From NCBI GenBank assembly GCA_030765405.1, contig JAVCCP010000067.1, positions 97,051-161,050 of the forward strand: a DNA stretch of 64,000 nucleotides, given 5' to 3'. The number at the start of each line of letters is the position of its first letter. The first letter of the stretch is position 1. The notes below the pieces were generated by a model. The model was not told the DNA's origin. It did no database searches and saw only the letters and a list, made by a program, of their open reading frames with translations. Positions 28,512 to 37,515 of the stretch are shown here, in pieces. The position numbers and the translations under genes are program-made. The stretch comes from Candidatus Ancaeobacter aquaticus. Lineage in GTDB: Bacteria; Auribacterota; Ancaeobacteria; Ancaeobacterales; Ancaeobacteraceae.

Positions 28512-30158
28512 GTGAAACATCTTTATCGAAACTGTTTATTGATTTTTGCGTTTAGCAGTACACTCGTATATTCTCAATTTCTTCAAGCTGATACCAGTGA
28601 TATACAATCAGAAAAGAAAATAAAAAAAATGAATGTATACGCGCGTTACCATCGTGAGTCAAATCATACATATGAAAATTTGAGAGACGGAAATCCCTTT
28701 CGTCGTGGAACACCGCCAGGAACACAAAAACTCTATGCCGGGGAAAAGCATATTCCCTTAAACATTGATAGCGACCTCGGGAATGTGCGATTTGAGGATA
28801 CAGTCAAAAAACGGCAACCAGTTAGCGAATTTTCTACCAGCGGTATATCGTTCAATGATTTATCGGCACTTCTTTTCTATTCAGATGGACCAACCAAGGT
28901 TTTTCAGTATCAACGCGGTACATTTGTGTTACGTGCAGCACCTTCTGCGGGAGCGCTATATCCACTTGAACTCTATGTAATAGTAAATAATGTAGCAGGT
29001 TTGACCGGAGGGCTGTATCACTATAATGTAAAGGATAATAGTGTTGCACTAATTAAAGAAGCTGACATGAGAAAAGTGTGTGCTGAAATCTGCAATGATC
29101 CCACACTCGAAAATGCTGATATCGTGTGTGTTGTAACGAATGTTTTTTCAAGGGCAACATACAAATATGGGCTGAGAGGATATCGGTACAGTTATTTAGA
29201 TGCGGGGCATGTTGAGGCGAATATGTGTTTGACTGCAGAATCGTTAGGGTTAGGATCAAAGGGTATAGGGGTATTTGATGATAACAAACTTATTGAGCTT
29301 CTTGAGATTGACGGTGATATAGAATCACCAGCCTTTGCATGTGCTATTGGTAACGTGCAAAAATGGGGTAAAGCTCCTACAAAATTGACAAAAAGTATAA
29401 AAAGGGCAAAAAGCGAAGAGGTCGATTCTGAATATAATGAAGGCACAAAGGAACAATTGGGTTGTGCTCTGGACGAATCAATTAGAGACTCTGCACCTGC
29501 TTTTGTGCTAAACCTTTCACAGGACAGTGTTTTAGAAAAGGCAAGACAGAAAGGATTTGAGGTTGTTAAAATTGACTCTCCACAAAGTATGAAGGGAACA
29601 AGGCTTGATGAAATAATTTATTATCGTCGTTCAAATCGTGACTATTGGGACCAGGCAATACCAGCTGATCTTCTATCATATATTCTTACGTATTCAGCAG
29701 GATTTTTAAAAAGAACAGGATATGTATATCCGTCTCTTTCAAATAATTATCCTATAGATATATATGTTGGGATACATAATGTAAAAGGTATTAAACCGGG
29801 AATATATTACTATTCACCGCAGTATAGCCGGCTTGAAGTTATAAGACAGGGTGATTATAGAAAACAATGTGCTGATGCAAGTCTCGGGCAGCGTTTTGTA
29901 GGAGATGCTAATTTTATTGTGATGATGGCTATACACTTTGATCGTGCAGTATCTTTTTATGGTGATAGAGGATACAGAAATGCGTTAATTGATGCGGGTT
30001 GTATTGGAGAGCATGTGTATTTGAGTGCAGAATCAATGGGTTTAGGTGCGTGCGGTGTCGGCGCTTATTTGGATAAGCCGATTAATGATATTGTAAAAAT
30101 TGACGGGGTACATGAGTCGGTTGTGTATTTTGTTACGGTAGGTAGACTTCAAAGATAA
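28512..30158 (+). CDS. Secreted or anchored protein with two tandem SagB-type / nitroreductase-fold domains
   Basis: N-terminal hydrophobic signal (LLIFAFSSTLVYS). Two repeats of the SagB-type dehydrogenase pattern (RxxxGALYPLELYV...YRYxYLDAGHV and RRSNRDY...YGDRGYRNALIDAGC). GTG start. Confidence 0.6.
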   Translation: MKHLYRNCLLIFAFSSTLVYSQFLQADTSDIQSEKKIKKMNVYARYHRESNHTYENLRDGNPFRRGTPPGTQKLYAGEKHIPLNIDSDLGNVRFEDTVKKRQPVSEFSTSGISFNDLSALLFYSDGPTKVFQYQRGTFVLRAAPSAGALYPLELYVIVNNVAGLTGGLYHYNVKDNSVALIKEADMRKVCAEICNDPTLENADIVCVVTNVFSRATYKYGLRGYRYSYLDAGHVEANMCLTAESLGLGSKGIGVFDDNKLIELLEIDGDIESPAFACAIGNVQKWGKAPTKLTKSIKRAKSEEVDSEYNEGTKEQLGCALDESIRDSAPAFVLNLSQDSVLEKARQKGFEVVKIDSPQSMKGTRLDEIIYYRRSNRDYWDQAIPADLLSYILTYSAGFLKRTGYVYPSLSNNYPIDIYVGIHNVKGIKPGIYYYSPQYSRLEVIRQGDYRKQCADASLGQRFVGDANFIVMMAIHFDRAVSFYGDRGYRNALIDAGCIGEHVYLSAESMGLGACGVGAYLDKPINDIVKIDGVHESVVYFVTVGRLQR

Positions 30159-30170
30159 TCTGATAAAATT

Positions 30171-31985
30171 ATGAAGAATATAAAGTATTACATTGGAATA
30201 GAGGGTGGTGGAACAAAAACAAGCGGTATTGTTGTTGATAATGCTTTAAAAAAGATTGTAGTTTGTAGTGCTGGCCCTTCAAACTACCATTCAGTAGGAA
30301 TCGAACAAGCACGTGTTAATATTCAAACGGTACTTACCGGATTAATAAATAAGGCAGGTCTAAAACAATCTCATATTACCCGTATTTCATTGTGTCTTGC
30401 CGGTGTAAGCAGAAAAAAAGATTTCGAAAACATCGTACATATTACAAGAAGTACTGGATATGCTCAAAAAATCGTTGTAACAAGCGATATGGTATCTGGA
30501 TTAATTGGCGGCACGGGCAGCCCTCACGGGATTGTTGTTATCTCAGGGACCGGATCAAATATATTTGGTATTAATAAAAAAGGTGTGCAGTTTAATGTCG
30601 GGGGATGGGGGCATTTGCTTGATGATGAAGGGAGCGGTTACCATATCGGACTGAGTGCGTTAAGAGCGGTTGTAAAAGCAAAAGATTATCGAATGATGTC
30701 TACTGTTCTTACTGAAAGCGTATCAAAGAGTATCGGTCTTACAACATTTGATGAGATTGTTGATTGGGCAAGTAATGCACCCAAAGATGCTATTTCGTCA
30801 CTTGCTCCAAACGTCTTTGATTGTGCCCGTGATGGTGATAGAGTCTCCCAATACATTATTTCTCATGCGGCACATTCCTTAATTGAATCAGTAAAAATTA
30901 CGATTGATAGACTAAAGATGGTAAATGAACGGTTTTCAGTAGTTTTAGCCGGAGGTATATTTAAAAAAGAATTGCAATTTTTTAACCGTGTAAAAAATGG
31001 GATAAAACAGTATGGTAGAAATGTCGAGGTGATACGACCAAAACATGATGGTGTTTATGGCGCTGCACTTATTGCGAAACAATTTTATAAAGATTTTGAC
31101 TTATTACAAAAGAAACAAAAGAACACTACTTCTCCTTCTACTGCGAAAAAAAAGACAAGTGAATTAGTTCAATCGATGATACATGAAGATAAGAAAGTTG
31201 CCGGAGCCGTTGAACAGCAGAAAGAATCGATTGTTCAGGCAATAGATATAATTACCTCTGCATATAAACGCGGGGGAAGATTGTTTTACGTTGGTGCTGG
31301 AACAAGTGGGAGGCTGGGCGTTTTAGATGCATCGGAATGTCCTCCAACGTTTGGCGTTTGTTCTGATAGAGTTGTCGGGATTATTGCTGGTGGCGATACG
31401 GCGCTAAGGTATTCGGTAGAAGGTGCTGAGGATAATGCCGAAGAGGGTGCTCGTGATTTAAAAGATCATGGGGTTTTATCTAAAGACGTTGTGGTGGGCA
31501 TTGCTGCAAGTGGTAATACGCCATATGTATTGGGTGCGCTGCGGTACGCAAAGAAGATGAAAGCGCATACAATAGGGGTTTCGTGTAAGAGTGACGTGCA
31601 GTTTAAAAAAATATGCCCCGTGACTATAGCAGTATCACTTGGAGAAGAACTGGTGCGCGGATCAAGTAGGTTGAAGGCGGGGACAGCGACGAAGATGATT
31701 CTGAATATGTTTTCAACAATAACGATGATTCGTGTTGGTAAAGTATATAATGACTTAATGATCAATGTGCAGCCGACGAATAAAAAACTTGTTTTACGGG
31801 CACAGAATATTGTTTCAGAAGTGACAGGATGCACGCTCCAACAAGCCCAGAGACTATTAAAGAAATCACAAGGCAATGTAGAGCTTGCAATAGTAATGAA
31901 ACATAAAAATGTCGGATATAAAGCCGCAAAAGCGCTTATGGCGACACAAGGTGTAACGATTGACAAAGTACTCTGTTTGGAGTAA
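30171..31985 (+). CDS. murQ: Fusion of a BadF/BadG/BcrA/BcrD-type sugar kinase (MurNAc/GlcNAc kinase MurK-like) with N-acetylmuramic acid 6-phosphate etherase MurQ
   Basis: The first ~300 aa contain the ATPase-fold N-terminal YIGIEGGGTKT. After a Lys/Ser-rich linker comes a SIS-domain MurQ (GRLFYVGAGTSGRLGVLDASECPPTFG). Confidence 0.75.
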   Translation: MKNIKYYIGIEGGGTKTSGIVVDNALKKIVVCSAGPSNYHSVGIEQARVNIQTVLTGLINKAGLKQSHITRISLCLAGVSRKKDFENIVHITRSTGYAQKIVVTSDMVSGLIGGTGSPHGIVVISGTGSNIFGINKKGVQFNVGGWGHLLDDEGSGYHIGLSALRAVVKAKDYRMMSTVLTESVSKSIGLTTFDEIVDWASNAPKDAISSLAPNVFDCARDGDRVSQYIISHAAHSLIESVKITIDRLKMVNERFSVVLAGGIFKKELQFFNRVKNGIKQYGRNVEVIRPKHDGVYGAALIAKQFYKDFDLLQKKQKNTTSPSTAKKKTSELVQSMIHEDKKVAGAVEQQKESIVQAIDIITSAYKRGGRLFYVGAGTSGRLGVLDASECPPTFGVCSDRVVGIIAGGDTALRYSVEGAEDNAEEGARDLKDHGVLSKDVVVGIAASGNTPYVLGALRYAKKMKAHTIGVSCKSDVQFKKICPVTIAVSLGEELVRGSSRLKAGTATKMILNMFSTITMIRVGKVYNDLMINVQPTNKKLVLRAQNIVSEVTGCTLQQAQRLLKKSQGNVELAIVMKHKNVGYKAAKALMATQGVTIDKVLCLE

Positions 31986-32004
31986 TAGGGATTACTAGGT
32001 ATAT

Positions 32005-33615
32005 ATGGATATACGTAAAAAAATTGGTGAGATGTTTATCGTAGGCTTTGATGGTCTTTCAGTAACAAAAAGGCTGGAAAAGCTTATAACTGAACACCAT
32101 ATTGGTGGTGTGATACTTTTTGCAAGGAACATAAAAAATATAGGTCAAGTCACGCGTTTTTGTTATAAGCTTCAGGGGATAAGGAAAACAGTGAGTGATA
32201 CACCTCTTTTTATTGCAATTGATCATGAAGGCGGTGTTGTTCAAAGAATTATTGATGGGGTAACTGTTCTGCCGGGTAATATGGCAATTGGCAGTATCAA
32301 TAGCGGTGACTGTGCGTATGCGGCGGGAAGAATAGCAGCATTAGAACTTATGCTTCTTGGCATTAATGTTAATTTTGCTCCAGTCTTGGATGTGTGCTCT
32401 AATCCTGATAATCCACTTACTGGTGTACGTTCTTTTGGAGACGATGCAGATAAAGTAAGTGTGTTCGGGAAAGAGATGATAATTGCGATGCAAAAATACG
32501 GTGTAGTGTCATGTGCAAAACATTTTCCGGGAATTGGTGATGTCCCTGTTGATTCACATATTGATCTACCGCGTAACAATGTGTCTGGCGATTGGTTGAA
32601 AAAACATGCTTTAAAACCATTTATTGCCGCAATAAAAGCGCACGTGAAAATGATTATGCCGGCACATTGCATGTATCCTGAGCTTACCGAAAATAAGATT
32701 TTACCTGCAACGTTATCTGCAAATATTTTAACAAAGCTTCTCCGAAATGAACTCGGGTACAAAGGACTTATTGTTACCGATGATATGGAGATGGGCGCTA
32801 TTGAAAAATATTATGATCTTGATGAAAGTATCCCTAAAGCAGTTGATGCGGGTAACGATATAATACTTATGTGTCATACCCTTGGTAAGCAAAAAAAGGC
32901 ATTAAAGATACTTATTCAGAATGTTTTGAAAGGAAAGATATCCCATGAGAGGATAGAGAAAAGTTATGAGAGAATTAATACCGCTAAAAAAGATCTTATT
33001 ACCGCGCAACCCAGATTTAATGTTGTGCGAGATGCGATACAGGTGCATCATATGATTGCTGAGCGAATAGGACGAGATTCGATAACTATTGTAAAAAACG
33101 ATATGCATATCCTCCCATTATTTCTTGAACAGCATGAGAAACTTTTGATAATTGCTCCGAAATATGAGGCCTTAACACAAGTAGAAGAATTTAATGGTGA
33201 AGATGATGTTTTAATTGAGATGATAAAAATACGGCATAATGATTCATGTTTACACCGTATTGAATTGTCTCCAACGGTTAATGATAAAAAGATATTTGAT
33301 GATCTTGAAGAGTACCACCGTATAATTATGCTTACCTACAACGCGCATTTGAATGAGGCACAAGCAGATTTTGTCGGTAAATTGTGTGAAAAAAGGAATG
33401 ATACGGTAATTGTCGCGATAAGAAATCCATTTGATCTCGCATGTGTTAAAGGCGCGCAGACGACTGTTGCGACATATGGATTCAGAAGCTGTTCTATCAA
33501 GGGGCTTGTAGAAGTGTTATTTGGTGAGATTGAAGCAAAAGGCATTATGCCTGTCGAGCTCGATATATCTCAGAAGAGAGAGAAGAACAAACAAAATGTA
33601 AAAGGTAAAAAATAA
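32005..33615 (+). CDS. nagZ: Beta-N-acetylhexosaminidase (GH3, NagZ-like)
   Basis: GH3 N-terminal domain (FIAIDHEGGVVQRI...KHFPGIGD...D) plus a C-terminal extension. 536 aa. Confidence 0.8.
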   Translation: MDIRKKIGEMFIVGFDGLSVTKRLEKLITEHHIGGVILFARNIKNIGQVTRFCYKLQGIRKTVSDTPLFIAIDHEGGVVQRIIDGVTVLPGNMAIGSINSGDCAYAAGRIAALELMLLGINVNFAPVLDVCSNPDNPLTGVRSFGDDADKVSVFGKEMIIAMQKYGVVSCAKHFPGIGDVPVDSHIDLPRNNVSGDWLKKHALKPFIAAIKAHVKMIMPAHCMYPELTENKILPATLSANILTKLLRNELGYKGLIVTDDMEMGAIEKYYDLDESIPKAVDAGNDIILMCHTLGKQKKALKILIQNVLKGKISHERIEKSYERINTAKKDLITAQPRFNVVRDAIQVHHMIAERIGRDSITIVKNDMHILPLFLEQHEKLLIIAPKYEALTQVEEFNGEDDVLIEMIKIRHNDSCLHRIELSPTVNDKKIFDDLEEYHRIIMLTYNAHLNEAQADFVGKLCEKRNDTVIVAIRNPFDLACVKGAQTTVATYGFRSCSIKGLVEVLFGEIEAKGIMPVELDISQKREKNKQNVKGKK

Positions 33616-34883
33616 TGTACGGTATAAGAAAACTACTACTTGTGGGATTATGTATTTGCGTGATGATGTGTTACGGTTGCACAAAAAAAGATGACGGTAA
33701 AATACACATTACCTATCAAACTATTGAGACGTTGCCTAAGCAGAGAAAACTTCTTAAAAAGCTTATAGCAGAATTCGAGAGACAGTATCCCGTGATAAAA
33801 GTCCATGTTCAGATATCACCGACAGGATTCAGGAAATTACATACGCAGTTTGCGGCAAACAATGCCCCGGATGTTTTTTATTATGTTTCAGACAGGTTAT
33901 ATGGTTTGGTACACAAAAAGAAGATTCTTTCTCTTAATCAGTTTGCTAAGATTGACAATTCGGTCAATTTCGATACGTATTTTCCTGAAACAGTTGAAGC
34001 ATCTACGATAGATGGATTGCTTTACCTCATGCCATACCATTTCAGTACTGATATATTGTTTTATAATAAAGATATGTTTGATATGCATTCGATCCCTTAC
34101 CCAACAAGCGATTGGTCGTGGGATACATTTATGGATGTTGCCCAAAAACTTACTAAAAAACAAAAAGATGTAACGATTGAATACGGTACATTACAGCCAC
34201 GGCCAACGCTTGTGATTCGATCGTTTGGAGGGAAATTCTTTAATCATGATCTTACAGACTGTATTGTAGATACGGAACAAACAAAAGAGGCCTTAGAGTT
34301 TTTAAAAGAGTTGCGAAATAGTGGTGTTGTCCCATCTCAAGCGCAAATTAGAGATGTTGAGATGATGGATGGGGTATCACTTTTTTCAACAGGCAAAATT
34401 GGGATGCTTGTGGGGAGAACATATATGCTTGTTGAGTTTGGTAGTATAGACACATTTGATTGGGATGTTACCTATGTTCCAAAAGGCAAAGAACGCTTTT
34501 CACGGCTTGCTGTTGGCGGTAACTGCATTAACTCATCATCCCAGCATCCTGAAGAGGCATGGAAGCTTGTTAAATTTTTATCTAGTGATGCCGCAATGCA
34601 ACTTGCCGCAGAGTCAAGAAATTGTGTGCCGGCTATAAAATCTGTTGCATATTCAAAAGAATTCATGCATTATCCACCTAAAGACGTGTCAATTTTTGTT
34701 GATTCAATTAATTCTTCTGAAACAGAAAATCCCGGGTTAGCGAACTGGTTTGAGTATGTAGATAAGGTTATTGGGCCTGACGTTGAAAAAGTGATATATG
34801 ACCAGCTTACGATACAGGAAGCAGTGAGTGATATATCAAAACGAGGAAACGATATCCTGAAAAAGGACGAAACAATACATTAA
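33615..34883 (+). CDS. ABC transporter solute-binding lipoprotein (sugar-binding SBP_bac_1-like); no adjacent permease genes
   Basis: Lipoprotein signal (LLLVGLCICVMMCYGC) and an SBP fold pattern. The stop of the upstream gene abuts its ATG. Confidence 0.7.
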   Translation: MYGIRKLLLVGLCICVMMCYGCTKKDDGKIHITYQTIETLPKQRKLLKKLIAEFERQYPVIKVHVQISPTGFRKLHTQFAANNAPDVFYYVSDRLYGLVHKKKILSLNQFAKIDNSVNFDTYFPETVEASTIDGLLYLMPYHFSTDILFYNKDMFDMHSIPYPTSDWSWDTFMDVAQKLTKKQKDVTIEYGTLQPRPTLVIRSFGGKFFNHDLTDCIVDTEQTKEALEFLKELRNSGVVPSQAQIRDVEMMDGVSLFSTGKIGMLVGRTYMLVEFGSIDTFDWDVTYVPKGKERFSRLAVGGNCINSSSQHPEEAWKLVKFLSSDAAMQLAAESRNCVPAIKSVAYSKEFMHYPPKDVSIFVDSINSSETENPGLANWFEYVDKVIGPDVEKVIYDQLTIQEAVSDISKRGNDILKKDETIH

Positions 34884-34904
34884 TACATAACTAAGGGGGC
34901 AGAA

Positions 34905-35132
34905 ATGAAAGATAAAGTTGAAAAAGCACTTAAAACAATAAGACCCGCATTACAAGCAGATGGCGGAAACATTGAACTTGTTGATGTTGATGAAGCAAGT
35001 GGCGTTGTAAAAGTAAAACTTACCGGTGCATGTTCAGGATGCCCTATGGCACAAATGACATTAAAAGAAGGTGTTGAAAAAGCAGTAAAGAATGAAGTAC
35101 CTGAAGTAACATCTGTTGAGTCTGTATCGTAG
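34905..35132 (+). CDS. NifU-like Fe-S cluster carrier domain protein (Nfu)
   Basis: 75 aa with the ...GACSGCPMAQMTLKEGVE... NifU C-terminal domain signature. Confidence 0.8.
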   Translation: MKDKVEKALKTIRPALQADGGNIELVDVDEASGVVKVKLTGACSGCPMAQMTLKEGVEKAVKNEVPEVTSVESVS

Positions 35133-35252
35133 TGAGACTGTAATAGTCATATGCTGAAAGGCATGTGAATGTTACAAAGTCGAACTATCCCCCATTCTTT
35201 ATGATTTTGGAGGATTTATCCGAGAAAATCTAGGGGGGATCACATATATTGC

Positions 35253-35291
35253 GGGCTATCATTATATGGTAATGGTAGCCCCTTTTTTTTT
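35253..35291 (+). terminator. Strong intrinsic terminator: 13-bp stem (one G.U) with a 5-nt loop, followed by C-T9
   Basis: GGGCTATCATTA-TATGG-TAATGGTAGCCC then CTTTTTTTTT. Confidence 0.7.
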
Positions 35292-35564
35292 ACTTCCTCC
35301 CCGACTACGGTCAAAGGCTTCTTGACCGCTTTACGTTTCTTGGAAACTAACCCGCCATCAAAAAGCGCACAGATAATTGAATTTTTCCAGTATTATCTTC
35401 TCCTCATGAAACACGAACCCCAAAAACTTGATATGAACGCAATTATTGAATCGGCTGAAAAAGCCCGATTATCCCTCTAAGGTCACTTCGCGTCTAATTC
35501 TACAAAATAGAACCATTGAAAATGCTTTACTAAGTCCTTGACCCGTATTAGAATACATAGTCCT

Positions 35565-36191
35565 ATGGGTACAGTTATAGTTGCAGTCTTTTTAAGTTAT
35601 ATTGTTGGATCAATACCGTTTGGATTTCTAATAGCCAAATACGTCAAAGGTGTTGATATACGCACTGTTGGAAGTAAGAATATTGGTGCTACTAACGTGA
35701 TGAGGACTTTAGGGAAAGGGCCGGGGATTACTACTTTGGTTCTCGATATGCTGAAAGGGTTTGTAGTCGTAACCCTTTTACCCTTTTTGTTTTATAGCGA
35801 TTCATTGGGGATGAGTTACACATTGTTTCAGTTACTGTGTGTTATTGGCGTAATATGTGGCCATACGTGGACATTATTCTTAGGTTTTAAAGGGGGCAAA
35901 GGAGTTGCAACAAGTACGGGTGCTTTATTTGGCATAGCTCCACTTGTGGTGCTCTTTTCATCAATTGTCTGGATAGTGTGTGCTAAAATATCACGCTATG
36001 TGTCACTAAGTTCGATGGTTGCAGCAGTTGCTTTTGTTGTCGGGACTTTTGTTTTTGGTGAGCCTGTTGAGCTTAAGATATTTAGTGTTTTTATTGCACT
36101 TATAATAATTATTCGACACAGATCAAATATTCAGAGACTGAGAGTTGGTACGGAAAATAAGATTGGCCAAAAAGGTGGGGTTGAGAAATAA
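35565..36191 (+). CDS. plsY: Glycerol-3-phosphate acyltransferase PlsY
   Basis: MGTVIVAVFLSYIVGSIPFGFLIAK...GSKNIGATNV is canonical PlsY. The ATG at 35565 has no SD; a possible -10 TAGAAT lies 11 nt upstream. The ORF-track TTG at 35538 is unlikely. Confidence 0.8.
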   Translation: MGTVIVAVFLSYIVGSIPFGFLIAKYVKGVDIRTVGSKNIGATNVMRTLGKGPGITTLVLDMLKGFVVVTLLPFLFYSDSLGMSYTLFQLLCVIGVICGHTWTLFLGFKGGKGVATSTGALFGIAPLVVLFSSIVWIVCAKISRYVSLSSMVAAVAFVVGTFVFGEPVELKIFSVFIALIIIIRHRSNIQRLRVGTENKIGQKGGVEK

Positions 36192-36208
36192 ACACGTTAG
36201 GTGATACT

Positions 36209-37198
36209 ATGAAGATAGCGGTTATTGGTGATGGCGGGTGGGGAACTACCCTAGGAGTACATTTAGCGAAAAAAGGTAATGAAGTTACTATTTGGGGGCC
36301 ATTTCCAGAATATATAGCCCTTTTAAATCAAACTCATGTGAACAGTAAATTTTTGCCGGGAATAGATATTCCTGAGACTGTGATTTTTGGTGCTGATCTG
36401 ATACAAATGGTAAGTGATTCGGAAGTGGTCATTGTAGCGGTCCCTTCACATTATGTGAGATCTGTTGTGTCTCAACTCAAGGATATAGATTGCACAAAAC
36501 AGTTATTTATTACTGTTTCGAAGGGTATTGAAAATGATACCTTAAAAAGAATGAGTGAGATAGTATCTGAAGAGGTATCTCCCTTGCGTTTAGCTGCTCT
36601 TTCCGGGCCGAGCCATGCCGAAGAAGTGGCGCGAGGAATACCAACAAGTGTGACCATTGCATCAAAAAATGAGGATGATGCGCGAGGCGCGCAGGAACTC
36701 TTTAATTCAAATACGTTTCGTGTCTATACCAATACAGACATTGTTGGTGTCGAGCTTGGCGGGGCATTAAAAAATGTTGTTGCTATTGCTGCAGGTATCA
36801 GTGACGGCTTGGGTTTTGGAGATAATGCTAAGGCGGCACTCATGACACGCGGTATAGCAGAAATGATGCGTTTAGGTGTTGCGCTAGGCGGTCAGGCAAA
36901 GACTTTTTCCGGTTTGAGCGGTATAGGCGATCTTATTACTACTTGTATGAGCAGGCACAGTCGTAACAGAGCGTTTGGCGAGATGATCGGCAAGGGAATG
37001 AGTGTTGATGAAGCGCTCAATACTACAGAAATGGTTGTTGAAGGATATCGGACAACAAAATCTGTCCAGCAGATATGTACTTCTTCTGGTGTGGAGATGC
37101 CAATTAGTCAACAGGTATACAATGTGTTGTATGAGAAAAAGAAGCCGTTGAAAGCAGTAGAAGAGCTTATGATGAGGAATCTTAAAGCAGAACATTAA
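36209..37198 (+). CDS. gpsA: Glycerol-3-phosphate dehydrogenase [NAD(P)+]
   Basis: N-terminal Rossmann fold (KIAVIGDGGWGTTLG) plus the GpsA C-terminal domain. Confidence 0.9.
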   Translation: MKIAVIGDGGWGTTLGVHLAKKGNEVTIWGPFPEYIALLNQTHVNSKFLPGIDIPETVIFGADLIQMVSDSEVVIVAVPSHYVRSVVSQLKDIDCTKQLFITVSKGIENDTLKRMSEIVSEEVSPLRLAALSGPSHAEEVARGIPTSVTIASKNEDDARGAQELFNSNTFRVYTNTDIVGVELGGALKNVVAIAAGISDGLGFGDNAKAALMTRGIAEMMRLGVALGGQAKTFSGLSGIGDLITTCMSRHSRNRAFGEMIGKGMSVDEALNTTEMVVEGYRTTKSVQQICTSSGVEMPISQQVYNVLYEKKKPLKAVEELMMRNLKAEH

Positions 37199-37250
37199 AA
37201 AAGCTATAAGATTCAAGCTGCAAGCTATAAGCGAAAAACTAAAACACAAA
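37199..37250. repeat. Third copy of the GCTRTAAG / AAAACTAAAACAC repeat element (see 25351-25456)
   Basis: AAGCTATAAGATTCAAGCTGCAAGCTATAAGCGAAAAACTAAAACACAAAA. Confidence 0.55.
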
Positions 37251-37351
37251 ATTAATTATTAATTATATTTTTTGTCGGTATATAATTTTGATGCTAAAAG
37301 TATATTTGCTGTGATACAATCTCTAGTTCGATATTTACTGTAAAGGTTTTT

Positions 37352-37428
37352 CGGAGCGTAGCGCAGCCTGGATAGCGCACACCCTTGGGGTGGGTGAGGT
37401 CGGTGGTTCAAATCCACTCGCTCCGACC
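37352..37428 (+). tRNA. tRNA-Pro (anticodon GGG), CCA encoded
   Basis: Acceptor CGGAGCG pairs with CGCTCCG. D-arm GCGC-AGCCTGGATA-GCGC. Anticodon stem CACCC/GGGTG with loop TTGGGGT. T-arm GGTGG-TTCAAAT-CCACT. Discriminator A, then CCA. Close to E. coli tRNA-Pro. Confidence 0.8.
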
Positions 37429-37515
37429 ATTAGTACGTATCTCGCAACTCGTGATTCGTATGGTATATATTAGGTATAACTGATAGATTATTATTTATAT
37501 TTGGAGAATCGTATT

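Noticed and set aside
28172-30158. TOMM/RiPP cluster implied by the SagB-type protein
   Set aside because: No YcaO cyclodehydratase, no E1-like partner and no short Cys/Ser/Thr-rich precursor ORF were found. The neighbours are sugar-recycling genes.
35407-35481. 24-codon ORF (MKHEPQKLDMNAIIESAEKARLSL) in the nfu-plsY spacer
   Set aside because: It is preceded by a pyrimidine tract (TCTTCTCCTC) with no SD on this strand, and there is no conservation clue.
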